A DNA stretch of 64,000 bases from an uncultured Mycoplasmatota bacterium (GCA_900543675.1 UQRY01000001.1:2002-66001), one strand, 5' to 3'. Shown: positions 1 through 9,922, numbered from the stretch's first letter. Notes: generated by a model from the letters alone, not told the origin. Made by a program: numbers and translations.

Positions 1-89
1 ACTTCCAAAATCTCTACTAACTGATTAAGCGTTAACCCTTCTTCACCAACAACAAACAATAATCCCTCTACTACTGCTTCTAATTTCAT
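1..89 (-). CDS. scpB: Segregation and condensation protein B (ScpB), N-terminal fragment truncated by window start
   Basis: Reverse translation of 89..1 gives MKLEAVVEGLLFVVGEEGLTLNQLVEILE, a typical ScpB N-terminus. Its ATG overlaps the scpA stop (ATGA-type coupling). Confidence 0.6.
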   Translation of the reverse strand, partial: MKLEAVVEGLLFVVGEEGLTLNQLVEILE

Positions 90-805
90 GCAACCACCTC
101 GATCATAATTTGTGAAAAATCACTTTCTTGTTTAATCAATAGCTCCTGTTTTTTAGCCATCTCTAAAATAGCCAAGAAAGTAACGACAATATATTCTTTA
201 GTTACCACTTCAAATAATTCGAAAAAATCTACGCGTTTTCTTTTGGTTAAAATATCACGAATACTCTTTCTTCTTTCTTCCACCGTAATTTCTTTTTTGG
301 TTACTGTCGTCTGAAGTGGTTTTTCTAATTCCTTACGATTCAAAAACTTTTGAAAAGCAAGCATTAAATCTTCCAAAGTAACATCACTACTAGGGACGAC
401 CCCTTCTTCCACATATTCTTTTAAATTATCGGGAGCTTTGGTATAAAATTCTTGACGTAAAGATTCCAACTCTTTAAAATTCTTAGTTACCTCTTTATAT
501 TTCTGATATTCTACCAAACGTCTAATCAAACGTTCTTTGGGATCTTCTTCCTCTTCTTCCCCTACATCTTTTTCTTGACGAGGAAGTAACATTCTACTTT
601 TCATCTCGATTAATTCACTAGCCATCACTAAATATTCACTAGCAATATCCAAATTCAACTTTTCCATTTTCTGAATATAAGCCAAATACTCTTCGGCAAT
701 ATCCGCTATACTGATCTCCCATATATCTACTTTAGATTCTTTGATCAAATGTAACAACAAATCTAAAGGGCCTTCAAAATTATCTATTTTTACTTCATAC
801 TCCAT
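86..805 (-). CDS. scpA: Segregation and condensation protein A (ScpA)
   Basis: 239-aa ORF; the N-terminal EGPLDLLLHLIKESKVDIWEISIADIAEEYLAYI stretch is the conserved ScpA kleisin N-domain; immediately followed by scpB. Confidence 0.85.
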   Translation of the reverse strand: MEYEVKIDNFEGPLDLLLHLIKESKVDIWEISIADIAEEYLAYIQKMEKLNLDIASEYLVMASELIEMKSRMLLPRQEKDVGEEEEEDPKERLIRRLVEYQKYKEVTKNFKELESLRQEFYTKAPDNLKEYVEEGVVPSSDVTLEDLMLAFQKFLNRKELEKPLQTTVTKKEITVEERRKSIRDILTKRKRVDFFELFEVVTKEYIVVTFLAILEMAKKQELLIKQESDFSQIMIEVVA

Positions 806-907
806 GCTATCACCTATTAACTACTAAACATTATATCATAATACCGAAAAAAACTAAAAAAAGAAAGTCTCAGAAATAAAGATTTATGATATAATTACAT
901 ACAAGTT

Positions 908-998
908 GGAGAGTTGTCTGAGTGGTCGAAAGTGTAGCACTCGAAATGCTATGAACGGTTAAGCCGTTCCCAGGGTTCGAATCCCTGACTCTCCGCCA
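908..998 (+). tRNA. tRNA-Ser (anticodon CGA), type II with long variable arm
   Basis: Manual fold: acceptor GGAGAGT/ACTCTCC, anticodon stem TAGCA/TGCTA with loop CTCGAAA (anticodon CGA), long variable arm, T-arm CAGGG-TTCGAAT-CCCTG, discriminator G, encoded CCA. Confidence 0.85.
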
Positions 999-1058
999 TG
1001 AATAGAGATAAATACTAGAAAGACTAGTATTTTTTCATATCATAGAATGAGGTTAACG

Positions 1059-1364
1059 ATGAAAAAATTTACGATGCGCGATGAAGAATTTATTTGTGAA
1101 CACTGTCATAAACAAGTAGCTAAACTAAATTATACCGCTAGAGATCACTGTCCCTTTTGCCTATACTCTAAACATGTTGATATTTTTCCTGGAGATAGAG
1201 CCAATTCTTGTCATGGATTATTAAAACCAATCGGAATAGAAAAATTTAAAGATAGTTATAAAATTATCTATCGTTGTGAAAAATGTCATCAACAACATAA
1301 AAATATCATCGCCAATGACGATGATATGGATATCATTATCGAATTATCGAAAAACAACAATTAA
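1059..1364 (+). CDS. RNHCP domain zinc-ribbon protein
   Basis: Cys/His pattern CEHCHK...HCPFC...CHG...CEKCH fits the RNHCP domain; GAGG RBS precedes the ATG at 1059. Confidence 0.5.
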   Translation: MKKFTMRDEEFICEHCHKQVAKLNYTARDHCPFCLYSKHVDIFPGDRANSCHGLLKPIGIEKFKDSYKIIYRCEKCHQQHKNIIANDDDMDIIIELSKNNN

Positions 1365-1711
1365 TTTTGTGGTCTAAAGAATAAGCTAAAAATAAAGGTA
1401 AAGACAATAGCCGCCGTAATACCAGAAGCAGTAAGATCAAACATTCCCATTAGTAGTCCCATAATTCCCATATCACTAGCCTTATCTAATGCCCCATGAA
1501 TAAGGGAATGACCAAAACTAGTAATTGGAACTAACGCACCAGCTCCTACGCGATTAATAATCTGATCATAAATACTAAAAGTATCTAAAAAAGCACCAGT
1601 TACCACAAAAATACTAGTAATATGGCCAGCTGTTAATTTTGTATTGTCCAAAATCACTTGACCCAAAAGACAAATAAATCCACAGAACAAGAAAGAAGTT
1701 AAATAGATCAT
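1361..1711 (-). CDS. spoVAEB: Stage V sporulation protein AEB (SpoVAEb)
   Basis: 116-aa membrane protein with motifs ...GAGALVPITSFGHSLIHGA...TASGITAAIVF matching B. subtilis SpoVAEB; last gene of the spoVAC-D-Eb block. Confidence 0.8.
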   Translation of the reverse strand: MIYLTSFLFCGFICLLGQVILDNTKLTAGHITSIFVVTGAFLDTFSIYDQIINRVGAGALVPITSFGHSLIHGALDKASDMGIMGLLMGMFDLTASGITAAIVFTFIFSLFFRPQN

Positions 1712-2703
1712 TTGATAACCTCCAAACTGATTGCATGCGCAATACTTAAAATATTTTCATGTTGATAGACAAAGGTAGGAGAAAATAACGCTCCCGTTGC
1801 GACCAATAATACTTTTTTAATTTTCTTCTTTTTCAACAGTTCTAACACAACACTATAGTTCACTAAAGCACTACATACCGGTCCAGAGCCACCAGCTTGG
1901 ACCTCTTTTTGTTTTTCCAAGTCATAAAGCATAGTACCACAATCATTATAATTTCTACTGATATCTAATTCGTATTCTGTTTTCATGAAATCGATCAAAA
2001 TCTCTTTACCATAAGTCCCTAAATCACCAGTTAAAATCAAATCATAATAATCAGGAGTACGATTTAAATCCATCAAATGACGATGTATCGTATCCGCAGC
2101 AGCAGGCGCCATAACGGCTCCCATATTAAAGGGATCATTCTGTTCATAATCAACAATCCGTCCAATCGTAGAACTTTCTACTTTAATTCCTGTATTTTCA
2201 TTGGTTAATAAAATACTAGCTCCTCCAGTTGCGGTAAATGTTGCGGTCTTCGGTTTTGGTGCTCCATACTCAGTTGGATTACGGAATTGCTTTTCACTAG
2301 ACATATTATGCGATGAAGTAGAAGCAATCGCTCTGTTGACTTTACCACCATCAATTAAACTACTGCCTAAAATCATTCCCTCGACACTTGTCGCACAGGC
2401 ACTGTAAATGCCTAAGAAAGGGAAATTAAATTTTTCAGAAGAATAACAGGAAGAAGTAATTTGATTCATCAAATCTCCTGAAATGATGACATCGATATCC
2501 TCTTTTGTTTTCTTCGTTTTTTTAAGTAAAGCACGAATACTATCTTCTAAAATTTTCGCTTCTGCCGTTTCCCAAGACTTTTCCCCATGATACAAATTAT
2601 CAAATGTCTGATCAAAATATTTTTTTAATGGTCCTTTAGCTTCATAAGGTCCCGCGATCGTTGCTGCATCTTCAACAAATACTTGATTATATTTAAATGT
2701 CAT
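1708..2703 (-). CDS. spoVAD: Stage V sporulation protein AD (SpoVAD)
   Basis: 331 aa, thiolase-fold, N-terminus MTFKYNQVFVEDAATIAGPYEAKGPL typical of SpoVAD; 4-nt overlaps with neighbours. Confidence 0.85.
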   Translation of the reverse strand: MTFKYNQVFVEDAATIAGPYEAKGPLKKYFDQTFDNLYHGEKSWETAEAKILEDSIRALLKKTKKTKEDIDVIISGDLMNQITSSCYSSEKFNFPFLGIYSACATSVEGMILGSSLIDGGKVNRAIASTSSHNMSSEKQFRNPTEYGAPKPKTATFTATGGASILLTNENTGIKVESSTIGRIVDYEQNDPFNMGAVMAPAAADTIHRHLMDLNRTPDYYDLILTGDLGTYGKEILIDFMKTEYELDISRNYNDCGTMLYDLEKQKEVQAGGSGPVCSALVNYSVVLELLKKKKIKKVLLVATGALFSPTFVYQHENILSIAHAISLEVIK

Positions 2704-2706
2704 CTT

Positions 2707-3162
2707 CTAACCTCCCATAATAATCAATCTAAGCATTCCAAAAAACCAAGCCGAAACTACCCCATATAAAATTACACTACCCGCTAATTTAAAAATATTA
2801 CTACCTAATCCAAAAATAGGTCCTTCTTTTCGATATTCGATACCTGCACTCGTCATCGAATGAGCAAAACCAGTAATGGGAATAATTAATCCACACTTAC
2901 AGAAATTTACCCATTTATCAAAGAAACCTAGTGCAGTAAACAAACTAGCTAGAAAGATTAAAGTCACTAGCATAAAGGTAGAAGCATCCTTAGTGGAAAT
3001 CTCAAAAAAACCTGCATAAAACTCTGTTAACAACTGTCCAATTACTCCGACAATACCACCCGTCACAAATGCAATAAACGCATTTTGACTTCTTGTCTCC
3101 GTCGGTTGATGTTTTTTCACCAACTCTTTATATCTTGTCTTTTCCATCCATTTATCACCCAC
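2707..3162 (-). CDS. spoVAC: Stage V sporulation protein AC (SpoVAC)
   Basis: 151-aa membrane protein; ...PITGFAHSMTSAGIEYRKEGPIFGLGSNIFKLAGSVILYGV closely parallels B. subtilis SpoVAC. Confidence 0.85.
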   Translation of the reverse strand: MGDKWMEKTRYKELVKKHQPTETRSQNAFIAFVTGGIVGVIGQLLTEFYAGFFEISTKDASTFMLVTLIFLASLFTALGFFDKWVNFCKCGLIIPITGFAHSMTSAGIEYRKEGPIFGLGSNIFKLAGSVILYGVVSAWFFGMLRLIIMGG

Positions 3163-3214
3163 TAATAGTATGAGGAAAAGAAAAAAATTCTATACAAAAA
3201 GATAGCTACAATTC

Positions 3215-3877
3215 CTAGCTATCTGTTAATACACCTCGTAATTTTTTTAAAATCTTTGTTTCTTCTCGAGAAACTTTTACTTGATTGACCCCTAATACTT
3301 TACTCGTTTCACTTTGAGTCATATCTTCAAAGTAACGGCAAGAGATCAATTTTCTCTCTTCTTCATCTAAATCCTCTACTGCTTGTTTTAAATCAAGCAC
3401 ATCCGCATCATACCCAACTTCTTCATAAGCTAATGTATGATAAAGATTCATTTCTTTTCCTTCATCATCTTCATTTAAAGCATAATCTAAACTACGCACA
3501 AACTCCTGAGACAACATCACTTCTTCAATCACACTACGATCAATCTCTAAAAAATGACTAACTTCATCAATCGTTGGTTCTTTTTGTAGACGTTGTCTAA
3601 GTATCTCCCTAGCCCGCTCAATTGGTTTTACTAACGAAGATAATTCTTTACTGATCTTAATATTTTTATTTTCTCGTACATATTTTAAAATTTCTCCTTT
3701 AATATAAAGAAAAGCATAAGAAGAAAACTTCGTATTCTGGCTAGGATCATAATGATCCAAAGCATTTAATAACCCAATCCTACCTACTTGTATCAAGTCA
3801 TCCATATCATAGTAATAACGAAACTTATTCGCATACGCCACTATTCTTCCTTCATATTCTTGTAAATCGATAGCCAT
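3215..3877 (-). CDS. sigF: Sporulation sigma factor, SigF-like (sigma-70 group 3, short N-terminus)
   Basis: 220 aa; region 2 (YDPSQNTKFSSYAFLYIKGEILKYVREN) and region 4 HTH (QSETSKVLGVNQVKVSREE); position between spoIIAA and the spoVA genes matches the spoIIA operon layout. Confidence 0.6.
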   Translation of the reverse strand: MAIDLQEYEGRIVAYANKFRYYYDMDDLIQVGRIGLLNALDHYDPSQNTKFSSYAFLYIKGEILKYVRENKNIKISKELSSLVKPIERAREILRQRLQKEPTIDEVSHFLEIDRSVIEEVMLSQEFVRSLDYALNEDDEGKEMNLYHTLAYEEVGYDADVLDLKQAVEDLDEEERKLISCRYFEDMTQSETSKVLGVNQVKVSREETKILKKLRGVLTDS

Positions 3878-3933
3878 ATTTTCACCCTTATCTTATTTTA
3901 TTTAAGGACTGCGACCTACAACTACCTAATAAA

Positions 3934-4284
3934 CTAAATATGCATTAAACGAAAAGCACTTAATTCATCACTACTCCTTTCCACATCCGGCAAAGCTTGA
4001 TCTAATTCATCAGCTACTTTTTGATTTAAATGCGATCTATCCCCACAGACAATTAACCTTCCATCATGTAAGACAATATCATGGTAGTGACTCATAATCA
4101 CACTAACCCCTTCTTCATCAAGAAAAGATAAATCCTCCAAATTAATTACAAAATAACGTACTCCATGAACGTGAATCATCCGATCTAATACTTCATTTAA
4201 CTCTTTTGATGTCCGTTTACTAAGAACCCCTTCTAATCGTACAAACAACATCCCATGTACAAACTCCATATCGATTTGGAACAT
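3934..4284 (-). CDS. spoIIAA: Anti-sigma-F factor antagonist SpoIIAA (STAS domain)
   Basis: MFQIDMEFVHGMLFVRLEG...YFVINLEDLSFLDEEGVSVI aligns with B. subtilis SpoIIAA (VLNLEDLSFMDSSG). Strong RBS AAGAGGTGG before the ATG at 4284; the longer track ORF (to 4383) is an unsupported N-extension. Confidence 0.7.
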   Translation of the reverse strand: MFQIDMEFVHGMLFVRLEGVLSKRTSKELNEVLDRMIHVHGVRYFVINLEDLSFLDEEGVSVIMSHYHDIVLHDGRLIVCGDRSHLNQKVADELDQALPDVERSSDELSAFRLMHI

Positions 4285-4379
4285 AATCCACCTCTTATTC
4301 TTGTATATTAAATATAGACCACTTTTCAAAAAAATTATACAACTTCGACAAAACCTCCAAAAAGTTTTAAAAAAAGAAG

Positions 4380-5708
4380 TCATGACAACTTCTTATGAAA
4401 CTCTAAATTTTTAATTATTCTCTTACCTGGTACCTGATCTTGTAAAATTTCATTTAAATCACTTAGCTTACCAACCACTTCCTGTCTTTTCTGAATCAAT
4501 TTTTGTTTTTCTTGTTCTAACTTTCTAATCTCATCGAAACAATCAGGCGCTTCTTCAATTGCGGTTAACACATGGGATAAACGTCGATACTCTTTAGGAT
4601 TAGAAGCATTCTCTCTTCGTGCCACTAAACGCTCCATAACAAAAATTTTAAAATCAGGTCGTGGAAGAATTTTCTCTTGTTCACAAATTCTATCCATAAT
4701 TACAGGAACTAAATCCATAGTTATTTGAAAATTAGGTAGCTCAATAAAATTTAGTAAATCAGAAAACTGTAATTGTTGAACAATTGCTAAATCATTATTT
4801 TTTCTTATCCTAGCAGGTAACTTTTGATAACTAGGATCTTCATATAAACAGCGAAAAGGATAAAGATACTTTTCTTTAGCAATAAAACTAACGATTGAAA
4901 CATCGCCACATTCTCTTTTTAATTTCAAAGAAGAACTGTCCCAACAATACCTACTAACATCGATTCCCATCTTTTGAAAATGAACAAACCAACTATACAT
5001 TTTTTGATCCTTTAATTCATCGATAAACTCTGAAAAAGAGTAACTGCCTTCATCATTGACAAAGGCATCAAACAAAGCTTTTTTCTTTTCTATAACCTCG
5101 TCTTTTTTTCTTCTTTTTAAACCACGGCTATCTTGATCAAAAAAGTATTCTAAAAATTCAAGATTTCTCTTCTTTACCCCTTTCTGACACATCAACTCAA
5201 ATAACATTAACCGACGCTGAAAAGAAATATCAGAAAGTAATAATTCAACAGCCACAGAAAAAGAAGAATCATCTAAACATAAATCAGAAAAACTAAGTTC
5301 ACCAATATCATTTACTCGCCAAGATAATGATCTTAACATATCTAAAGCTTGCTCTCTTTTTTCAGAAAGAGAAAATTCCTTTTCTAATTCTACATCTGGA
5401 ACATGTTCTAGGTCTTCTTTCACATCTAAATACTCATTACATAAATTTTCAAGAATTTGAAAAGGGCCATCTTCTTCAAGTGGGATAAAGACCACATCAG
5501 GATCTTTCCAATCTTGAATTAATTTATCTACTAGTAAACATAAAAGAAAAGAATCTTTTAGTGGCTTTTTTGTAGAAGTCAAATGCTCATAAAGAGCAAG
5601 TAAATCATAAACTGTTTCCTCATTCTTCTTAAACACTTCTATTTTTTTCTCAAGTTCTTTTTTCTGCATATCAATATCCTTGGTATTTTCTACTTCTCCT
5701 ATTGTCAT
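4380..5708 (-). CDS. Hypothetical protein (442 aa), acidic and coiled-coil rich
   Basis: Long ORF co-directional with spoIIAA; no motif recognised by eye. Confidence 0.4.
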   Translation of the reverse strand: MTIGEVENTKDIDMQKKELEKKIEVFKKNEETVYDLLALYEHLTSTKKPLKDSFLLCLLVDKLIQDWKDPDVVFIPLEEDGPFQILENLCNEYLDVKEDLEHVPDVELEKEFSLSEKREQALDMLRSLSWRVNDIGELSFSDLCLDDSSFSVAVELLLSDISFQRRLMLFELMCQKGVKKRNLEFLEYFFDQDSRGLKRRKKDEVIEKKKALFDAFVNDEGSYSFSEFIDELKDQKMYSWFVHFQKMGIDVSRYCWDSSSLKLKRECGDVSIVSFIAKEKYLYPFRCLYEDPSYQKLPARIRKNNDLAIVQQLQFSDLLNFIELPNFQITMDLVPVIMDRICEQEKILPRPDFKIFVMERLVARRENASNPKEYRRLSHVLTAIEEAPDCFDEIRKLEQEKQKLIQKRQEVVGKLSDLNEILQDQVPGKRIIKNLEFHKKLS

Positions 5709-5761
5709 TATCTATTTCCCCCTATTAATACTATAACGAAACTTAAAGGAAAAAGCAATCA

Positions 5762-8149
5762 TTACTTCGTATGTAACCAACCTTTTTTCTCTAAATACGA
5801 ACCCACAGTTAAACTAAGTTTATTAAATACATATAAAGAAGAAAGTAACAATACCGCAAAAATAAGAGCAATCTCTACTGTAACTCCATGAATATTGAAG
5901 AAGTCAGATTGGAATATTGATCCATAAACAAAACCTAGAATTAAAAGAACAAATAGAATACGACGTAGACGATTAAATGGCTGACAAATTCGATAAAGTA
6001 AAATAAAACCTGTCATTGCTGTTAAAAAGATAACCAAACTAGAAATAATTTCATCAGATAAATGGAAAACATATTGAAAGAGTAGTACCATAATTACATT
6101 AAATGCTACTGTTAAAGCAGCTGGTAAACTTCGACTCAACACTTTTAATAAGAAGTTTCCTTCTACTAATTCATGATTTGGCTCTAACGCTAAGATAAAA
6201 GATGGGATTCCAATCGTAAACATGGTAATTAATGTAAGTTGAATTGGGATAAAGAAGTATTCAGAAGAAATAAAGACACAAATCGCAATTAGAAGTATTG
6301 TAAATATCGTCTTAGATAACAGTAGTGAACTACTTCGTTCAATATTATTAATAATTCTTCTTCCTTCGGCAACAATTTTAGGCATCGAAGCAAAGTTAGA
6401 GTCTAAAAGAACAAGTTCACTAACATTACGAGCAGCTTCACTTCCACTAGCCATCGCAATACTACAATCAGACTCTTTTAAAGCAAGTACATCATTTACC
6501 CCATCACCAACCATACCGACAGTATATTTCTTTCTTTTTAATGCTTGAACTAATTTCTTTTTCTGAATTGGTGTCACACGACCAAACACAGTATAACGAG
6601 TGACAATATCATCAAAATCTTCATCCTTAACCGTAGTCATATCAATTCCTTTTACGTCATCCATTCCGGCACGACGAGCGATACTTTCCACCGTCTGATA
6701 ATTATCTCCTGATATAATCTTTAGTAAAACCCCTTGTTCTTTAAAGTATTCTAAAGTTTCTTTAGCGTCTGGACGAATTCGATCCTGAATCAAAAGAAAA
6801 CCTAGTACTTTTAAATTTTCTGGATGTTCTGTTAGTAGTTTAAAATTTCTAACTACAACGAGTACCCGATAATCTCCAACATATTGTTCTAAAATATCTT
6901 GAACTTGTTGAATATCTTCCCCTAAAACAAACTCGGGTGCCCCAATATAAAATGACCCTTGTTCCGTGTAAGAAACAGCCGAGAATTTTCTCGCAGAAGA
7001 AAAAGGAATTTTTCCAGTTTCTGCATACTTGTCTTCCGTACCGAAAAAATCGATAATTGCGCGCATCGTTGGAGTATCTTCGCCAAAAGAATTTCCCAAC
7101 TCTTTTAAATAAGTAATTAACTCTTCCTTATCTTGCTTTTTATACGGAATAACATCCACAACATCCATTTTTCCTTCCGTAATTGTTCCTGTTTTATCTA
7201 AACATATCACATTAACACGTGCCAAAATTTCAATACAATATAGCTGTTGAACCAAGACTTTATACTTAGAAAGACGAATAACACTAACTGCCATTACTGA
7301 ACTAGTAAGTAGCACTAATCCTTCTGGAATCATCCCAATAACAGCCGCAACAGTAGAAAAAGTAGCCTCAGTCATACTTCCCATAATTGAATATTGATTA
7401 AAGAAAAATAAGATTCCAACTGGTACAATCAAAATCGATAATATCTTCAATAACTTCTCAAAGGAATGCATAATCATCGAATTTACTTTTTTCTTGTATT
7501 TAGCTTCACTAGAAATAACAGAGATATAATTCTCTCCACCAATGTGTTCTACTCTAGCTATACACTCACCACTCACAATAAAACTACCAGATAATAGCAT
7601 GTCCCCAGCTTTTTTCACAATTGGATCTACTTCTCCTGTTAAAAAGGCCTCGTTAACTTCTACTTCACCTTCTAAAACAATCGCATCAGTGACCACTTGA
7701 TTACCTAGTTTAAGAGATAAAACATCATCTAAAACAATCTCTTCAATCCCTACTTCAACTAATTTACTATCACGAATCACAGTCGCTTTATTTGAAGCTA
7801 GTACCGATAGACGATCAATAATCCGTTTGGAAATCACTTCTTGAATAATACTAATTATCGTATTACAGATAGCAACACCTAAAAACAAACAGTTTTTAAT
7901 TGCTTCAGTCATTTCCCCTTGAAAAGAACCAGCAACTAAAATCGCAAGACCTAAAGCAAAATTCAAAAAATTGAAATACGTAAATACGTTATCCCGAATA
8001 ATTTGAGGAATTGATTTAGTTGCCGGTTGATTATCATAATTAACTAATCCATTAGTTATTCGCTCATCTACTTGTTTCTGATTTAGCCCCTCTGTTGGAA
8101 GAGGCGAATAGCGCTTTATTCTACTTCCCATCAACACCACTCTTTTCAC
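5762..8149 (-). CDS. Cation-transporting P-type ATPase (P2/P3-like)
   Basis: 795 aa with DKTGTIT phosphorylation motif (ICLDKTGTITEG), PEGL motif in TM4 (IGMIPEGLV), hinge GDGVNDVLALKESD and ~8-10 TM segments. Confidence 0.85.
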   Translation of the reverse strand: MKRVVLMGSRIKRYSPLPTEGLNQKQVDERITNGLVNYDNQPATKSIPQIIRDNVFTYFNFLNFALGLAILVAGSFQGEMTEAIKNCLFLGVAICNTIISIIQEVISKRIIDRLSVLASNKATVIRDSKLVEVGIEEIVLDDVLSLKLGNQVVTDAIVLEGEVEVNEAFLTGEVDPIVKKAGDMLLSGSFIVSGECIARVEHIGGENYISVISSEAKYKKKVNSMIMHSFEKLLKILSILIVPVGILFFFNQYSIMGSMTEATFSTVAAVIGMIPEGLVLLTSSVMAVSVIRLSKYKVLVQQLYCIEILARVNVICLDKTGTITEGKMDVVDVIPYKKQDKEELITYLKELGNSFGEDTPTMRAIIDFFGTEDKYAETGKIPFSSARKFSAVSYTEQGSFYIGAPEFVLGEDIQQVQDILEQYVGDYRVLVVVRNFKLLTEHPENLKVLGFLLIQDRIRPDAKETLEYFKEQGVLLKIISGDNYQTVESIARRAGMDDVKGIDMTTVKDEDFDDIVTRYTVFGRVTPIQKKKLVQALKRKKYTVGMVGDGVNDVLALKESDCSIAMASGSEAARNVSELVLLDSNFASMPKIVAEGRRIINNIERSSSLLLSKTIFTILLIAICVFISSEYFFIPIQLTLITMFTIGIPSFILALEPNHELVEGNFLLKVLSRSLPAALTVAFNVIMVLLFQYVFHLSDEIISSLVIFLTAMTGFILLYRICQPFNRLRRILFVLLILGFVYGSIFQSDFFNIHGVTVEIALIFAVLLLSSLYVFNKLSLTVGSYLEKKGWLHTK

Positions 8150-8253
8150 TACTAATTAGTATAACACATTTAAGAAAACAAGGAGTAAATATGACAAAAC
8201 TGTAAGAAGAAAAAGATTTTTATAAAAGCGATTTAACTATTTTAATCTATTTA

Positions 8254-9900
8254 TTATCCAGTATAAACTACAACATTACCTGTTGAGTAAAGGCTAAGGA
8301 TATGATTCTGCATTACTACATCTTTCACATAGATAGTTACACCATCAGGAATATCATAAAACATATCTGTAGGAAGCAAATCAGAAAAATCTGCTTGCCG
8401 AAGATCAATAGATACTAAAGATTCACAGTTTCTAAACAGATTATCCAGCGTAGTCACATTTTGAAAGCTAAAATTTGCTAAACTAACAGAAGATAATACA
8501 AAGCAATCCTCAAACATTCTATCTCCTGTTAATAAAGCGCTATTTGTCCAACCAGTTAAATCTAAATTCACTAATGATTTACAATCGTTAAACAAACTAG
8601 TCATATTGGTAACACTAGAAACATCAAAATGCCGAAGATCCAACTCCGTAAATACACAATAACGAAACATTTGCTCCATTGTTGTTACTTTAGAAGTATC
8701 AAAATTACTAGTATCTAAATCGATAAGACTAGAACAATAATAAAACATGCTTTCCATTTGGGTAACATTAGACGTTACAAAAACACTTAAATCTAAAGAA
8801 GTTAGCGCTTCGCAATGAGCAAACATTCTTTTCATATTTTCCACAGTAGAAGTATCAAAATTTGTAAAAACAATACTTTCCAAAGCCGTACAATAGTCAA
8901 ACATAGACTCCATCGTAACCGCTTGCGAACTATTCCAATTCGTAAACTCTAAAGAGGTTAACATAGGATTTTCTTTAAACATAGAATAAAATGATTTTGT
9001 CTCACTAACATCTAAATACTCCAAACCTTCTATGGTAGTTAAATTAGAAAAACCACGGAACATACTATCAGCCTCTTCAGGTAAATAAATCTTTTTATCT
9101 CCCTGTAAATACAAAGTATTTGTATCAGAAACTAAATATGCCATTACGCTACCATTATTATCTACTGATACATCCCAGCTCTCATTTGCTTCAACAATAG
9201 GGGTTAAACTATTTTGAATAATAATTTTTTCTATACTATCACTATAAGCATAATAATTTTCAGTAGAACTAGAAGAATCTCTTTCTAATATTCTAGACAT
9301 TACCTGAGGAAGATCCTCACCACCTGATGCCACTTTTGCAGATGTATCTACTTCTACATTAAAACTTAGCGATAATCCCTGATCCTCATTTTGTAGCTCT
9401 CCTGCTTCTTGTAACCATATTTTTAAAAGATAGCTTTTACTTTCATTAACACTAAGCGGTAAATCAGTAACAATAACATATTCGCTATTTCCAGCAAGAT
9501 AGCCACTTGTTTGAGAAAAAGAGCCTTTTCTTACTAAATCACCTTCACTATAATCACTACTAGCATTATATAGTGCCCACATTAAATTAGAGCTAGTTAT
9601 ATTACCACCATTCTTTTGTAAAGAAATATTGATCATACTAATGTTATAGTTTGTATCTAAAGTACCAGTATTTGTTATAGTGAACTGATGAATACTAGCA
9701 TTTTCTTCCGTCGTAGGTACCATATTTGCTGCATTTATATTTAAAGTATTTTCATAAGTAATTTCTAATGAACCATTTTTTACTGATTGAACATCAGAAA
9801 TAGCACGAGCAGTAAAATAAGAATAACTAGCCCCAATAACTAGTATTGCAAAACCTAAAATAATAATTAGGAATATTATTTTTCTATTTTTATTAATCAT
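8254..9900 (-). CDS. Secreted/surface protein: TasA/camelysin-like N-domain with SipW-cognate-type signal, plus C-terminal DUF285 (Mycoplasma-type) repeat array
   Basis: N-terminus ...GASYSYFTARA...NGSLEITY...HQFTITNTGTLD resembles TasA (AAFND...ASGTLDL...FQFENNGSL). The C-half holds about 8 repeats of MF.xC.SL..LDLS.FDTS.VT.M..MF, the DUF285 pattern. Confidence 0.6.
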   Translation of the reverse strand: MINKNRKIIFLIIILGFAILVIGASYSYFTARAISDVQSVKNGSLEITYENTLNINAANMVPTTEENASIHQFTITNTGTLDTNYNISMINISLQKNGGNITSSNLMWALYNASSDYSEGDLVRKGSFSQTSGYLAGNSEYVIVTDLPLSVNESKSYLLKIWLQEAGELQNEDQGLSLSFNVEVDTSAKVASGGEDLPQVMSRILERDSSSSTENYYAYSDSIEKIIIQNSLTPIVEANESWDVSVDNNGSVMAYLVSDTNTLYLQGDKKIYLPEEADSMFRGFSNLTTIEGLEYLDVSETKSFYSMFKENPMLTSLEFTNWNSSQAVTMESMFDYCTALESIVFTNFDTSTVENMKRMFAHCEALTSLDLSVFVTSNVTQMESMFYYCSSLIDLDTSNFDTSKVTTMEQMFRYCVFTELDLRHFDVSSVTNMTSLFNDCKSLVNLDLTGWTNSALLTGDRMFEDCFVLSSVSLANFSFQNVTTLDNLFRNCESLVSIDLRQADFSDLLPTDMFYDIPDGVTIYVKDVVMQNHILSLYSTGNVVVYTG

Positions 9901-9922
9901 AAATATAGCCTCCTCAATAACA

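Noticed and set aside
3934-4383. 149-aa ORF-track version of spoIIAA with a 33-residue hydrophobic/basic N-extension
   Set aside because: The extension has no RBS support and overlaps the upstream gene. An internal ATG at 4284 is preceded by a strong AAGAGGTGG RBS and gives a canonical ~116-aa STAS protein.
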